This document shows positions 50,632-64,000 of a stretch of DNA of 64,000 bases, one piece after another (the stretch's first letter is position 1; each line of letters starts with the position of its first letter). This stretch comes from Amphiscolops sp. MND2022 (lineage: Eukaryota), in contig OZ076413.1 in assembly GCA_964187785.1 (NCBI GenBank), positions 44,952,001-45,016,000 of the forward strand, read 5' to 3'. The translations under genes and the position numbers were made by a program. The notes under the pieces were generated by a model, which was given only the letters and a program-made list of their open reading frames with translations, had not been told where the DNA came from and made no database searches.

Positions 50632-52930
50632 TGTCACGACCCGCTCCCGGTGGTAATTTGACCTGCTGCTCTGGAATACCCGGGTACAAAGGGGACGAGG
50701 CAACGGCTTTTGCAAGTATTACTAAACTAGATTAATTTTAACTCAATCAAATGTTTCATTTACAGTACAGCAGAATTATCTGTAGATAATTTTCAAAATC
50801 AAAATTTAACGCAAGCGCCACGGAATAATTTCAAAAATGACTTAGAACTAGCCAAAATTTCTGGTTTAATGTTTTCACGCGTAACGCTATTTTCATTTCC
50901 GGTATCGTCTTCTGAATTTTGTCATACTAATTCAAATTTTAAAACAGAAACACTTTCTAATTGGGATCATTCTTCTTCTGTTCCACACTAAAATGAAAAC
51001 ATCAAAAATAATATTTAACTCCGTGATCCCAACGGAGTGCATACGACTTAAAATGAAAACCATGTAGAATATAGGGGAGTTATTTCTCCACTATTAGAGT
51101 AGTCGTCAATATTCACTTAAAGCCTCAGTCAAGAGATTTTAAGCAAACGTTTACAACGTTATGACAGCGTCACTCAACTGAGCTAATACTAGGTGTTTCT
51201 ATTTTTACGGACCAATAGCGTCACTCCTCAACTGAACTATTTAGGCTTGCGCCGATAGAATTAAGCTCGGTGGCCCCTAGCAACGCCAATTAGCTAAGAG
51301 AATGAGAATGAACTCGCCTACGCGCTCCGCTTTCTCTTTGATGGCCTCCGCAGCTCAGCTATAATTAATCTTAATACGTACGGAGCGGCTACGGAGCGGA
51401 TTGTAAAATTGTATTCCGCTGGTTAGCTATAACTAATCTTAATACGTACGGAGCGGCTACGGAACGGATTGTAAAACTGTAGATATGAAGTTTTGGTACA
51501 AAAGGAATTATGACGAAGTCTCCTTCCTGAATCGACGCATTTAAATGACTTTTACAATAGGATTTCACATGGAGATAAACTATACCGTAAGGAAAACTGA
51601 AGTACTAATTTGATTCTACCAAATGTAAAACACGGTTGACTCACGTTGCAATTTACTCATCAACAAAAGGATTTCCATTGAATAGCTTCATTTTATGGGA
51701 GATACATTGTGGCAATGAAAAAGGAAAACGCAGCGTAAGATTAACGCACTTTCCAAATGCTTTCTCATAATTTCCTGCGTTTGTGACACTACCATAATCA
51801 TGAGTTGCTACCCATTTGATACCAGTATGTTGTCTGTTTTGATAAGTGGATTCTTTTTACATTATTCTCCTAATTTTTATGGAAATGACGTTTTGTACAA
51901 ACGGGTTGTTCCCGTTGTAACTGTTAATGTTTGTGTTTAATCCATACGAGTGCTAAACGTATGGTGAATGTTTGTTTAAGGTATCAATTGCAATATGCCG
52001 TTTCAGCATCGTTTGTTCCTTTCCAGTATTTAGGTATTTCCCATTATTAAAATCCTTTACTCCCTTTCATTTCCGTCAATTTTTTTGAGCGTCATACTTT
52101 TGCTTCGAACATCGATTTCCTAACTTGGGAAGTGAATAATTGATCACGCCGGCGTGTCTTCGTCGATGAAAATTTCAGCTAGACCTTTATTTTACCGCAA
52201 TTTTGAGACTTAAACAGGAAATGGAATGGCCTGAACAGAAATGATTTCAACAAGTATTACGGAATAACGACGCAACTAGGACTTTTGTTACCTGATTTTT
52301 TGACGCGGGGCTGAAATAATTTGAATCATTTGCTCTTTTTGATGAACAAATCTGATTTTTAAGATACCTAGGAATTTTTAGGTGAGGAACAAATGATGCT
52401 GGAAGGGTATAAATATGTAAGACTTTCATGTAAAGTTAGTTAGTTTTGTGATACCGTACTGTTTAACTTTTTTTCGTTAAAACAACGAAAATACCTTCTT
52501 CGAGGAATTTAATTTTTGCCGAAGACTTTCAATTTCCAACCTGAAAAATGAAAACTAGAAGCCAAAAGAGGAAAGCCATAGCTGAGCTAGTTCCTGGAGA
52601 TTTCGAAACCCCTGTAAACGAGAATATCCCGTCTGAGGATTTAATTGCAGGCCCTAGTAAAACTCACAGGATTGAGCCAGAAAACTTAGACGAAATAAAA
52701 ACGTCTTTGAGGAAAGAAACCCTATCTGACCTGTCAAAAATATTAGCTGAGAATCAAAAGGAAATGCTTAAATTGATAGCACCTTTGAGCAAAGCTGAGT
52801 AAAGCCATCTGTACCAATGACCAGGAATCTGATTCTGAACCTGAAAACATCTACGTTGCGAGAACGTCAACACCTGTTAAAACAGCAACTGCGACTAACT
52901 TTAGAACTACCCCAGTAAATAGTCGTAACA
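50632..52930 (+). repeat. 3' LTR (2299 bp), preceded by a polypurine tract
   Basis: aacaagagggg PPT just upstream; ~95 bp extra at ~52383-52477 relative to the 5' LTR. Confidence 0.96.
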
Positions 52931-53861
52931 CCAAGATTAAGTTTCAACTTGCCAAAAATTGCCATTGTACGTTTTACTCATCAACTATTTCCTATCTATA
53001 AATGTATCCTGACTATACTTGAAGAATGGTATCAGTTCTACTCCAGAAAATCAAACCATAGTCGGTAAAGAAAATTTGAGGAAAACTTTGTCAGGTTATA
53101 AAAAATTCATTTCCGCAATCCGTCATTTTTGAAAAGGGCCATATGTTTTGAGCAATTTTTGCCGCCATCAATATCCTGTGCAAGGACTAATTTTGGCATC
53201 ACCGCTGACCATTTATGACAAATTTGCAAGTAAAACTTTAGAAATCATTCATGAAGGTCCAAAACACCTGTTTGTGAGTTTCATCGAAAGCGTCAGTAAG
53301 TGAAATAAGAAATTTGAACAACGATGTATGTTGTTTTTCCCATATTGCATAGAACAGTTGGCTTGTTTTTTACTACCGAGAAAGTTTGATCAGATGTGAG
53401 TTCACTTTTCAATGATGATTTGCGTACGTTTTGCCGCCTCACGTCACCTGTGCTCTTACAACACCTCATGAAAATTCGATGACTACATTTTCTTACAACG
53501 CGCCCGCCGAAATAAAATCAAATAACTCCAAAAAATACATACGTTTCGAACCTGGGTCGAATTTTGAGTCGATAATATGTGTGCGTCTTAGATAATTCAC
53601 GAACTAGTTTCTTTGTTCTACAGAAACACAAATGCACACTTTCTTCGGCATTAATTTTGCGTTTAAAATAGTTTTTTTTTCAAGATAAAATGTCGCCCTA
53701 ACTCCCCCCTACATTGTTACATGGTCGCTGAAACCGTCTTATTTCACCCAATTTTGAACTGAAAAAACTTTTCCTATTTTGCATCTTTCCTCAAAAAAGT
53801 CGTCTCGCGAAAACGTTTAAAGTTCCAATTTTGTAGCAAGATAATATGAAACATCATTACT

Positions 53862-53921
<60 letters not shown>

Positions 53922-53945
53922 CAACCAACCAACCAACCAACCAAC
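53862..53945. repeat. (CTAA)n then (CCAA)n microsatellite
   Basis: Direct inspection. Confidence 0.95.
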
Positions 53946-54090
53946 ACAGCCATTTTCAGTTGCAATATCTTCAGCTTGAAACTGAGTGTTATGTTGTTTT
54001 TCATCTTTTGTCAAAAACATTAAGGCCAAAAAGTAAACAATAACAATAGGTTGAGTTCTCAAACTTCGTAAACACTGTTTCACCTTTTAT

Positions 54091-54498
54091 GGGGGAGCAT
54101 GGCGTAGTGGTTAGAACATTCGGCCTGTACTGGGGCGGTATCAGGTTCGAATCTCTCTCAACTCACAATTGTTGGGATCATCAATTAGTTTTTGTACTGG
54201 AAAACATTTCAAGTGTGCAAAACAATTTCACGCGGGATAGAAGAAGAAAGTTTTTTTCCCCAATTCCCCGGGTATGAGGTATACTATCTCCCCATAGCAG
54301 GCTATGGTACCATATTTGCAGCCAAATGATCAAGAAATGGTTCAATTGAAGCTGTGGTTTCAAAGTGACTTGCTCAAAGTCACAAAGGCCTGACTGGTCA
54401 CCGTTGTTCTTTTTATTTTTGCTTTTCTTCGCCAAATGCGTTTTTTTTTGTCATTGACCATACCACTAAGCTGAGGATGAAGGACTTGCTCAAGAAAT
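54091..54498 (+). mobile_element. tRNA-derived SINE (related body at ~34430-34630)
   Basis: Pol III A box TGGCGTAGTGG and B box GGTTCGAATC; the body gctatggtac.atatttgcagc..tgaagctgtggtttcaaagt..gtcacaaagg.ctgactg..ggatgaagga recurs at 34.4-34.6 kb. Confidence 0.75.
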
Positions 54499-54813
54499 GA
54501 TTTCTTGAGCAAGTCCTTCATCCTCAGCTTAGTGGTATGGTCAATGACAAAAAAACGCATTTGGCGAAGAAAAGCAAAAATAAAAAGAACAACGGTGACC
54601 AGTCAGGCCTTTGTGACTTTGAGCAAGTCACTTTGAAACCACAGCTTCAATTGAACCATTTCTTGATCATTTGGCTGCAAATATGGTACCATAGCCTGCT
54701 ATGGGGAGATAGTATACCCCATACCCGGGGAATTGGGGAAAAAAACTTTCTTCTTCTATCCCGCGTGAAATTGTTTTGCACACTTGAAATGTTTTCCAGT
54801 ACAAAAACTAATT
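54183..54813. repeat. ~630-bp near-perfect palindrome centred at 54499
   Basis: The arms are reverse complements with a 1-nt loop (aagaaat-g-atttctt). Confidence 0.95.
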
Positions 54814-56299
54814 CCATAGGTTGCTAAGCTTCTGTCAGAGATGCGAGTTGAAAAACCAAACACGGCCCCAGTCGGCGGCTCGCTTAGAAATCAAAGCGAG
54901 GAAAGCCTCCTGGATTTACTTTGTTTGTTTCTAAGAAAGAGAGTATATAGTGTATAGGGTCTTGTACAAAAAGAAGGAAAATAAAAATTTCCGGATGTTG
55001 GATGTCGAGCGAGCTGTGTAGCTCTTTGTGGAACTACTTTTGTCGATAGGAGAACCTCTGAAAACACACTGACGAGAAGCCACTAAGAATGTTGTACTCC
55101 TACTTAACTATTTGTCAATTAACAATTCTCTCGCTATGGTATTTCTCCATCAGTATGGATTTGTATGACGTCGTTCTCCGGATAAATTCGAATTGGCGCG
55201 AATATGCAGTTTCTATCGGAGAGTTGATACACCCATGTTCTGGCTTCTTTTTTGTCGTTATCAGCATTGTCTTTTGTTCCCAATTTCTTTCAGATCTGGG
55301 CCATTTTCATCTTTGCATTCACGTCACGTGTTCTGTTTTCACGTTCACACTCACGTTTTCTTGTCACGTGATAATTTGTCACATCTGCCGTACTTGCCAT
55401 CTAATCTCCGTTGCCAAGGCTTGGTCTTTGTTGTCTTATTGCCACTCTTTGGTGGTATCGTCTATTTCCCGTTTTCATTCTAGCTCTGAAATAGTTGAAG
55501 TGGAGTAAATATTCGATGCATATCTTTTCCCGTCTCAATTAATACTGAAATTTAGGTTCCCCTTACTGCGGTTTGTATATTCTTTCGCCATCTTTCGTTT
55601 TTTTTGTGCGCCTAAGATTTGGTTTTCCTCTGTTTTCGTTCGCGCCGTCACCATGTGGTTCGTGAAGTTTTACTGTAATATGATTCTAATTCGAAGGCTT
55701 TCTTTTTCGATGTTTACAGTGAACTCCCTATCAGGAGGTGCTCGGTTTAAACTTTCCACTAAATCGATTGCATCTTCCACTTTCGCAAATATTAGGTTTT
55801 TCATAGTTTGTTAGTTAAACTCTTTTTAACGTTCCCCACTTTTCGTATCGACTCGGAGTTGGCTAAATTCCAGTTCCAATTCCAACTTTTGCAATTTGCT
55901 TGTATTTTTTGAAATGATAATAATACCACTTTAATTTCTGAGGTCTTACCAAGTTTTGCTAAAACTGTCCACTGCAGTTGACATTTGACTTTCAGTTTAG
56001 ACCTTTCGAAGTAATGTGTTCCACCAAAAACATTTTGTGTTTTCTGCCGGTATTCATTGAATTGTTTGTCTTGAAGTTGGGTCTTAGGACAATTATAATT
56101 CTCAATTCACTCCCCTTCTTCACCGCTTTTGACTTTTCGCGGAAAACTAAGGGCGATAAAGATACTTTTTTCAACTCGTGGAGAGTTGGACGTGGTAAGA
56201 AGTGCAATCCAGGCTCTCACTAAGTCAAGATACAGTCTTTTTAACTTAGAATGAAAGCAGGGTTCAGGAACGGAACGCAGTACTGAGCTGTGGTTTCAG

Positions 56300-59150
56300 G
56301 GCGGCGAAAAGTTTGGTCGAGCAGCCTTCACAATTTGTCACGCCGACCCGGACATCATCAATTTGGGCGGAAATCATCAGTTTCGGCAGGCATCATCAAT
56401 TTGGGCGGACATCCGTCAGCCTGAGTAGACATCCTGAACTGGGTGATCACAGCAGGAGGAAGGAGGAACGTTGTCATCATCGTGTGCGGATATCACTCGT
56501 GGTGGAAGACACGTCGGTAGTTAGGGTCATCAAAGGGTGACGCAGTATCTTTCTGTTCATGCAAGAAGTAGCCCAAAGAAAAGGAAATTTGTTTTTGGAA
56601 TCTACGAACGTAGAAGTGGCATCAGGTGTTTTTGTTCGCCTAGCAATCGAAAAGTATTACATAAATTGTCAGACTCCGTCGAAATTGCAACGAACAGACG
56701 AAAGAGAGCGGGCACCGAAAACTGTTAAAATAAGGACTTAATTTGTGGAATGGATCATTTAGGAAAAGCAATTCGAGGACTGGGACAATGATTGACTTGG
56801 AAGCATGGATTTGAGTCTGCGTACTATAGTATTTGGGCTTCAATTCCAGTTTAGGTACAAATCGTATACTTTGAAAGCATGCTTTTAATTGCGAGCACAT
56901 GTTGGGACTAAATTCTTGCTGCAAGTATTTCCACCGAAGTAAGCAGAAGGATCAAATCAGAGGGACAAGATTCAACAAAAGAATCAAGTCCGTCCGTGAA
57001 GGCAATATTTTTGACTTTATTCAGTTTATTTTTTCCAAACTACTAAGATTACTGGATTTATCATTTGACACTATATGTTTTACAAATTGCATCGTTTAGG
57101 AATGTGATGAAGCCGGCAAGAAACAAAAGCGAAGTTCAAAAGCCCTCTGATTTTCTTCAACTCCACAGCAAATGAAATCACATGGAAAAAGCTTGCGGCT
57201 AATCTACCACGAATGACAAACGTATTCAACTAACAAAGAACAATTGAGGGCCAAATATTGACGCAACCGAGCTGAAAAGATCTCTGAATTGCTTCTCTAT
57301 GGTATATGTGGCGCATTTATCTGGATACTGTAGCAACTGAGGTGCTTAACCTACGCACAATCGTAAAAGAGTTCGTTGACAATCTTGACGATATAGAAGC
57401 TCTCTATCCTGGGGAAGATTTTGGTTTTTGAAAATCGCCAAAACAAACAAGGATTGCTGCATAACGCAGACTTGATGATAGATCTTCTGAATGGCGAAAC
57501 ACTGTAAAATCGCCTTAGCATTCCGATGAGAGGTAACCTGTTAAGATTGTGCTAAACAGGTGGCAGTCCAAGCAACCCTGACTTATAACAAAACATCAAA
57601 TGCTGGAAGCTTGCTAAAGAAGAGCGGTTGCTTCTGCTAGTTCTAGGAATCAGGAAAACGTTGGAAAGCATGATGAACAGTAAGCTGCAAAATACTTCAA
57701 GCTGAGATCATCTAGAAACAAGAATAAATCGGCATTTACACCGAGGAAGTCACTCAAAGATCCATTTCAACTACACATTGAAGCCACGAAAAGAGTAATA
57801 AAGAAACCCCTGTATCAAAAAGCAAGTGTTACGGCATTATGAAGGAGTAGCAAGTCCAACTGTATGAAGATTTGAAAAAAATATCTAATGATCAGAAGCC
57901 CTGCAGCGGTCCAACCATGCGTGAACAACAACTTAGGGATAACACACACAAAGAAGCACTAAGGATGTACTGATTGGAAACGACTGATTTCGACTAATCC
58001 ATCCTCAGAGATCGGATTGTGTGTTACCCTTGGACTGGTATTAGAAACTCTGGGCTGGATGAGGTGGCAAAAACTAACTGACTGTCATCAGCTGTGTGAG
58101 CACTTGCCACCGCAAAGTGTCAAGAAATAGGCTTTGTTCGTTGACATTCGGCGTATATCGATATATGCAATGAAAACTCAACTGTGCCAAATTGGAAATC
58201 CTAAAGACACGATTTGGCACAATGAAATCACGAATACGCACTTAACGTAAGCGCTTAAGTGTTTACTAAAACTGCCGATTACCATAATTAGGGACAATAG
58301 ACCAGTTGCACCATTGGACCAAGATTCTTTTCGACAGTTTGAAGTGTCTGATGAAATTTAAGAGCCTGTTTGACAAGTAGATGATACAAAGGTCTTGTAG
58401 TTTAATGCAAGAAAGTCATCGCCCACCTACGAAAACAGGCTAATTGAAAAATATAATGCCTTGCAGTTTTTGGGAAGAAACCTAAATTTAACCAGAGAAA
58501 TCTAACTATAGGAGACGTTTGCAGAAACAAAAGCCAGAAACCTGCAAACGGATTCAGTTCGTTCCATGAATCCCACCCTAGTGAAAGCATAGCGAGGACC
58601 GAACGCAAGTGGAAAAACTTCAGCGGCCTTATTGCTGACAATGGATGATGGAAATAGAAAGATGGAAAGGTGATGAACAAATGGATTAGACAACTTCAGT
58701 ACACAGTCAACCAACTGTGACGGTAACATGTACTGTAGAGCACTTTGAATGTCGAAACCCTTTCTGATGCTAGAGCCAATTCAGTTTGTCACCAATCACT
58801 TCCTTTTGAGAAGAGTTAATTTAGCCACACCATTTCTGCAGGATGCTAAACGTTACAAAGATTTGACACGAGTATCTCCCTTGTCGAATACGTATTCAGT
58901 TAGGAACTGGACTGGATGGAGTAGGACTATCTGCGACAGTGGAATGTCTGTAGTAATAAAACATTATGTTGTGAGGCAGCTGAAAGTGAACAGTTTGGTT
59001 TGGTTCGTGGATGAAAATGTAAAGTGTTACGACTACAAGAAGACGAGAGGTTCAAGAAGGAAGCGATGCCAGGGTTAGATGTAAAACAGTTGTGATAAAA
59101 GACGGCAAAATGAATATACAAGGGAGAAAAACAGGGCGGGCGGTGCTCGA
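56300..59150 (+). mobile_element. Highly decayed BEL/Pao-like LTR retrotransposon remnant
   Basis: LIHPQ..LETLGWM protease-adjacent motif (~57995-58060); RQLKVNSLVWFVDENVK..GSDARVR resembles the BEL integrase C-terminus; purine-rich tract at ~59120-59145; boundaries approximate. Confidence 0.5.
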
Positions 59151-60374
59151 GCAAGCATTTAAAAGACCAGAAACTCGATATCATACATGCTCAAAGGAAA
59201 TTAGACTTTTGAAGACAAACCTCACCTCACAATTCTTTTAAACACAAAAATGCGTTTTATCGGAGACTAATATTCATAGACAATTGGAATTGGGCACACC
59301 TATGAAAGGTCTCAACACAAACACCCAATCCAATACTCAAAGTCATCCTTCAGTTATGCCCCTTTTACCCCCACCTGTGTGGTGTTCCCGATATTCGAAC
59401 CAAAATGCAATCAATGTAATTATTCTTATGACGCTAATGAAAATGCCATACCTTTGAATTGGCGATGTCTACAATGTGTAAACATAACATTTGTTGTCAC
59501 CTAGACAACATTCAAGACACTACCTAAGTTTTCTTTTCAGAGCCAATACTTTTCATATTACACTTAAACATCAATCGAGTAGTTTTGCCTTATATCAATC
59601 GAATAGTGCGAAAAGCGTTGTATACCATAACGAACTATGCACAAGATTATTAGAAAACTTGATCAATTGGGGTCTGAAGGTCACCATAATTGTCAATTCA
59701 TTTCACCTCTATTTGACTTTCGGGCCAAAACTAATGGCAATTGAGATAGTTTCTCTCAACTTGTGGAGAGTTGGTTGTGTTAGAAAACAAATAAGACGTT
59801 TCAGCGTCTCGAGGTCTCATCCGGTGTTTCTCGGCAAACGAAATCAACTCTGTTGTGGTTTGCGTTTCGCTTTTCCAAGTAGCTCTCGGCGAATCACCGA
59901 ATCAAGCTTTCATACCAATTTTATTACGTTTTGTTTCGCATTCGATTTTTGTTGTTTTGCGTAGTGTTTCTGGTTACATGCACCATATAACGTCTTTCTG
60001 TTTTTCAGTTTCCTTTCCTGACACGGTGTCTGTCATATCTTCTCTTGTTAGTGGTGAGTAACGCTCATTTTATGTCCTCTTCTGGTGAAATGTCAGAGAC
60101 TTAACATTTTTCGGTGTGAATACCGGTTTTCCGTCAGATGCTTATGGTTTTAATTTCGGTGCGGTTGGCTATTTTGTACTTAAGGTTATTTGTTTTCTTC
60201 GTGCGCAGTTTTTCTTCTCAATAACTTCTTTCTTGTTCATTTATTAGTAAAATTAACTGCCTGTTTTTTGTGTTCTTCGACTATTGTTACGGAAACAATG
60301 TTTACTAAAACAACTCGTCTATGGAAAATGTTTTGTTCATTAAAATTTAGGAACATGTGGACAATTCGTTCAAG

Positions 60375-60875
60375 ACCACATTTCGTACAATAGCCAAAAA
60401 CCCGACATTTCGTACACGGACAATTGGTACAAAATTGAAACCTGACATTTCGTACAAAAGACATTTCGTTTGAATTAAATTAAAAAAGTTTGCAAAATAG
60501 GTCTCGAACAACAGAATTACTAGCTTTCAGTGCTGTTGCAGCCAATATGTATGGAACTTGATTCAGTTGAAGAGGTTGGCATATATGTTGTATGGCTCGG
60601 TCGCTTCGCTCCCTTCGCCAAGTAGCAACATTGAGGCATGGCCAATTAGCACGTCGCTCCGCTTCGTTTTGCTCCTGCATTTGGGGCACTAGGGGTATGT
60701 GAACATAGCTGACTACGTTATAATGATAAGTGGTATAATATAAATTGCACCAAATGTCGGGTTTCATTTTTGTACGAAATGTCTGGTTTCGATTTCGTAC
60801 GAAATGTCGGGTTTCGTTTTTGTACGAAATGTCGGGTTTTGGTTTTCGTACCAACTGTCGTGTGTACGAAATACC
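60375..60875. mobile_element. MITE with inverted arrays of cgacatttcgtac
   Basis: acatttcgtac x3-4 on the left, gtacgaaatgtc x4 on the right; internal core shared with 23097-23224. Confidence 0.8.
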
Positions 60876-62065
60876 GTTTGTTCGAATTGTCGTGCTCCCG
60901 GACAATACGAGGTAATATTTGTCAACAATTTTCAGGCACTGCCTGTAGTTTTTTATCCGAAGCTCTGTAGAGATCATATCGCGTCTTTCCTTTCTTCCTG
61001 TAAATGGGCATCACCTTTGAGTAGCTAGCCTTTCAACAACGATGAGCGCATTAAAATTCATTTTTTTGTTGAGCAAATAATAAAGGGATGCATTTCTAGA
61101 CGTTTTGATGCTATTCATCAATTTCACTTCTCGTCTCATTTCATGCGACCCACTCGGAGCTGTTTTGTCTGATATGACAAGAACGGATCGCAATAGCATC
61201 GTACATAAAGTTCAAACCATGAATTATGCTATACAAATTGAGCTGCATGTGTTTTTTCTACCAATACAACAGAGATCATGGCATGGTATTCATTTCGAAT
61301 ATATCATTTTCTCCACGTTTCTTTACTCCTGCTGCTCTACCTCAAGCAGCGTTATACATCAAAATTGCGTTTAGCATTGATTGATCATGAATCTTACAAC
61401 AACTTTAATGTGTCATCATACAAAACCAAAACAAATTCTCAAAATAGTTACAAAGTAATATTGCTAATGCTTTTGGAATAGTTTCATCGAAGTGAAGCTC
61501 TTGTCTTTTCATTTTTCCTTCTCCAAAGGTTGCAGACGGAAACTTCTGGCAATATAGAAAATGGATGTTATTTATCTTTGTGTTTTTAGTGCAATGTTTT
61601 TGAAGCAGGAGATTATGGGCTCGAATCGAGCTGGGGATTATAAGTTTTCATGTTTCCAAATTGAATTTCGCTAGAGAGGTGACTTCTCAAGATAAAGTGA
61701 AGTAATACCGTTATCTGATATAGCGTAAGTAACAGTGAAAAAAGTCTTCATCTTTTATTTTGCCAAAAATTTCAACCATTTTCAACGAACAAGGCGTGGA
61801 TTCAAATTGAATCAGTTTAAAACTTTTTTTTGGATTTGAACTATGGCAAATTTGTTCTTGATCCGTTGATGACAATGAAACAAATGTGCTATATCCAAAT
61901 TTTTACGTAATTTCCCACGTATCAAACATCTGGCCAGCAAGGAAAACACTCATTTTTGTCTGCAGCATATGGGAAATGAGGTGAAAATGGCATCTCGTTA
62001 TTTTAAAAAATTCAACCCAGTACATGACCAAAGTAGATCTACCATGTATTATCAAATGTGTACTA

Positions 62066-62224
62066 CCTTTGGTCTCGTATTTTTTACAGCCCATAAAAAT
62101 GTGAATTCTCGAAGTCATAGAATTCAGCCTGTGTGGAACACATAGTATGTGTCCCACACAGACTGAATTCTATGGTTTCGAGAATTCATATTTTTATGGG
62201 CTGTAAAAAATACGAGACCAAAGG
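62066..62224. mobile_element. Hairpin/MITE-like imperfect palindrome (~160 bp)
   Basis: cctttggtctcgtattttttacagcccataaaaat.. and its reverse complement, several mismatches, ~1-nt loop. Confidence 0.8.
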
Positions 62225-62789
62225 GTCCCTTCATTGCGAAATTTTTCACAGCGCGAATTAACTCGTTGAAGTGGTTTTCACTTTCCGAAAGGTTGAAATT
62301 TGGTTGAGGACATTTTCCAGTAAGGTTCCTTTTGTGTACAAAAACATACCTTATTTGTTTTTGTTTCTGATGTTCCGAGGTTTTTGAGCATTTGAACTAT
62401 CATAGAAGTTTTCTGGTTGTTTTGACTGCAGAATTTCTCTAGATCTTCCTACTTTACCGGAAAGCAATCTCGGGTGCTTCCAAAGGGTGCGACAATTGAG
62501 TACCATAGTTACTAGAGCTTTTTCAGTTACGAGACAACTCAGAAGTTTTGGTAATGTTTCACATATCAAACTAGGAACACAAAAACTCTAGATATAGTTT
62601 TGATACATTTTTTGCATCTCTTGTTTCGTTAAATTTCTTCTAATTCTGTAAAAGCAATCGTATATTTCATTTAGAGCCAGTGAGATGAGACTGAAGCTCA
62701 AAAGGCAAACCCTTTAGATGATTCAGAGCTTCTTGCATTTCCGTTTTGATAATCAAAATATTTACTCCCATTTGTGTATGAATTGGTTG

Positions 62790-63515
62790 CCCCTAGTTGA
62801 AAAAAATACAAATCTTGAAAGATGTCTTGCAAGATCTTGCAAGACAATGCATTTTTCTGGCAGGTTTCTTGCAAGATTCTTCATCAAGCCAGGGCACGAT
62901 GTGTGAGCTCGAGCTGAAGCAGGCCTTCTGGGTACCCACCTACACCCGCAAACTGAGTTCAGTAAAAATGTTTGCATTTGTTCGGAAGTTCGAACGAAAA
63001 GCGTGAATTCAGAGCTAGTTTGGGTTTGAGTTACTCTATCTTTGTGGAACTCTTTACTTTGGCACGAAAAGTGTGGCGTTCAAAAAGAATGGATAAAAAA
63101 CAATTAATTGCAAGAGCCGTGGTTGTTTCTCCACCGTGGAAACGTCCACTGTATGAAGACTTAGTAACTGTAACATGCAGGTTCTTTTGCTCCTAGAGCG
63201 TCATTTGTCTAAGAAAGGAAACGTTCACCTGTGATTTTGTCTGTTTGTGTTGTGTCTCTCTCTAGAAGGAAAAATTGACAAAAAACTCTCCAGTGCCCGT
63301 GTTGGTCACTTTTTGTGTTTTTTGACAAAAAAAGTTTTCTCTTCGTTTGATGTATTTCTTGCAAGAATCAGACAGGAAAAGTATTTCTTGCAAGAAATAT
63401 TTTTTCTGTCAGGTTCTTGCAAGAAATGTATTTTCTGCCAGAATCTTGCAAGATTTGTATTTTTTGTCAAGATCTTGCAAGAATCTTGCAAGAATTGTAT
63501 TTGTTTTCAACCAGG
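62790..63515. mobile_element. MITE-like element(s) with TCTTGCAAGA palindromic repeats
   Basis: Inverted ends ccctagttgaaaa / ttttcaaccaggg; about 10 tcttgcaaga units near the ends. Confidence 0.7.
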
Positions 63516-64000
63516 GGCAGCACAGCCAATTTCACTATTCGTACTAAGAGATCACGTGAAGTACTCGTGTAGTTCGCACCTTTCACCGTGTTATGTGTTC
63601 GGTACTACTTTTCTATTGCTTGGAGAGTGAAGTCTGTCTGCAGCTCAAAAACGAGGAGAATTTTAGTCACAGCATCACAGCTGTGCGCAGTCCGTGTTGC
63701 AACTATGACGAAGCAAACCAGACAGCACGTTATTTTGCTTTAAGAGGGCTACTGCATATACATCATTGTGCGTTTTGCAAATTTTGACTATTCGTTATTA
63801 AACGTATCCGTGATAATCAGTGCTTAGGGTTATTTTATGTGTTTTGAAGGTCATGTAAGGTTATCTACATTTTCAAGCTTCATGTGGGAAATGATCTACG
63901 TTACCTGACATCAGGGTATTCTTTTCTTTACGACAGCATGACACCCATGAAAAACCAATGACATGTTGCGAAAATAATTGAGAAAATTGAGAAATCGTGG

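Larger units (their letters stand above)
36770..52930 (+). mobile_element. Structurally complete Ty3/Gypsy LTR retrotransposon, 16,161 bp, coding regions decayed
   Basis: TG..CA LTRs; 5-bp target-site duplication CCAAG at 36765-36769 and 52931-52935; PBS and PPT; domain order gag-PR-RT-RH-IN. Confidence 0.96.

Noticed and set aside
53862..53945. Telomeric repeat
   Set aside because: The units are CTAA and CCAA, not TTAGGG or TTAGG; short and interstitial
54091..54165. tRNA gene
   Set aside because: A and B boxes are present but I see no convincing acceptor stem, and it continues into a repeated body, so it is better explained as a SINE head
54181..54827. Identical ORFs on both strands (likewise 48183-48463, 19182-19430/20385-20633)
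   Set aside because: Mirror products of palindromes

Overview
AT-rich eukaryotic DNA with GT-AG spliceosomal introns. It looks animal-like, but the taxon cannot be determined from the sequence. Most of the window is transposable elements. The main result is a compact, co-oriented module at about 2.2-11.6 kb with three parts: (i) a Suv4-20/KMT5B-like SET histone methyltransferase with a C2H2 finger; (ii) a spliced tyrosine recombinase (YR) with a C-terminal Myb/SANT-like domain, whose start overlaps the SET stop (ATGA); (iii) an intact 7-exon gene encoding three zinc fingers plus a KDM7/PHF8/KDM2-like JmjC demethylase. A 20-bp motif (TTTGTCATCRGYYGRGAGCY) recurs in the non-coding parts of this module and I did not see it elsewhere. 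I infer a YR-mobilised element carrying its own chromatin writer and eraser, but I could not identify its ends. Also present: a virus/Maverick-like cassette of intronless ORFs with an EGF-family gene duplicated in a 1.55-kb inverted repeat; a complete 16.2-kb Ty3/Gypsy element (2.2-2.3-kb LTRs, CCAAG target-site duplication) with an antisense, intron-containing BED-finger gene and a gag that starts inside the LTR; decayed LINE, RLE-type, Gypsy and BEL/Pao fragments; a tRNA-derived SINE; several MITEs and fold-back palindromes; and a 200-N gap. All gene models and family calls were made by eye from motifs and splice phases. No searches were run.
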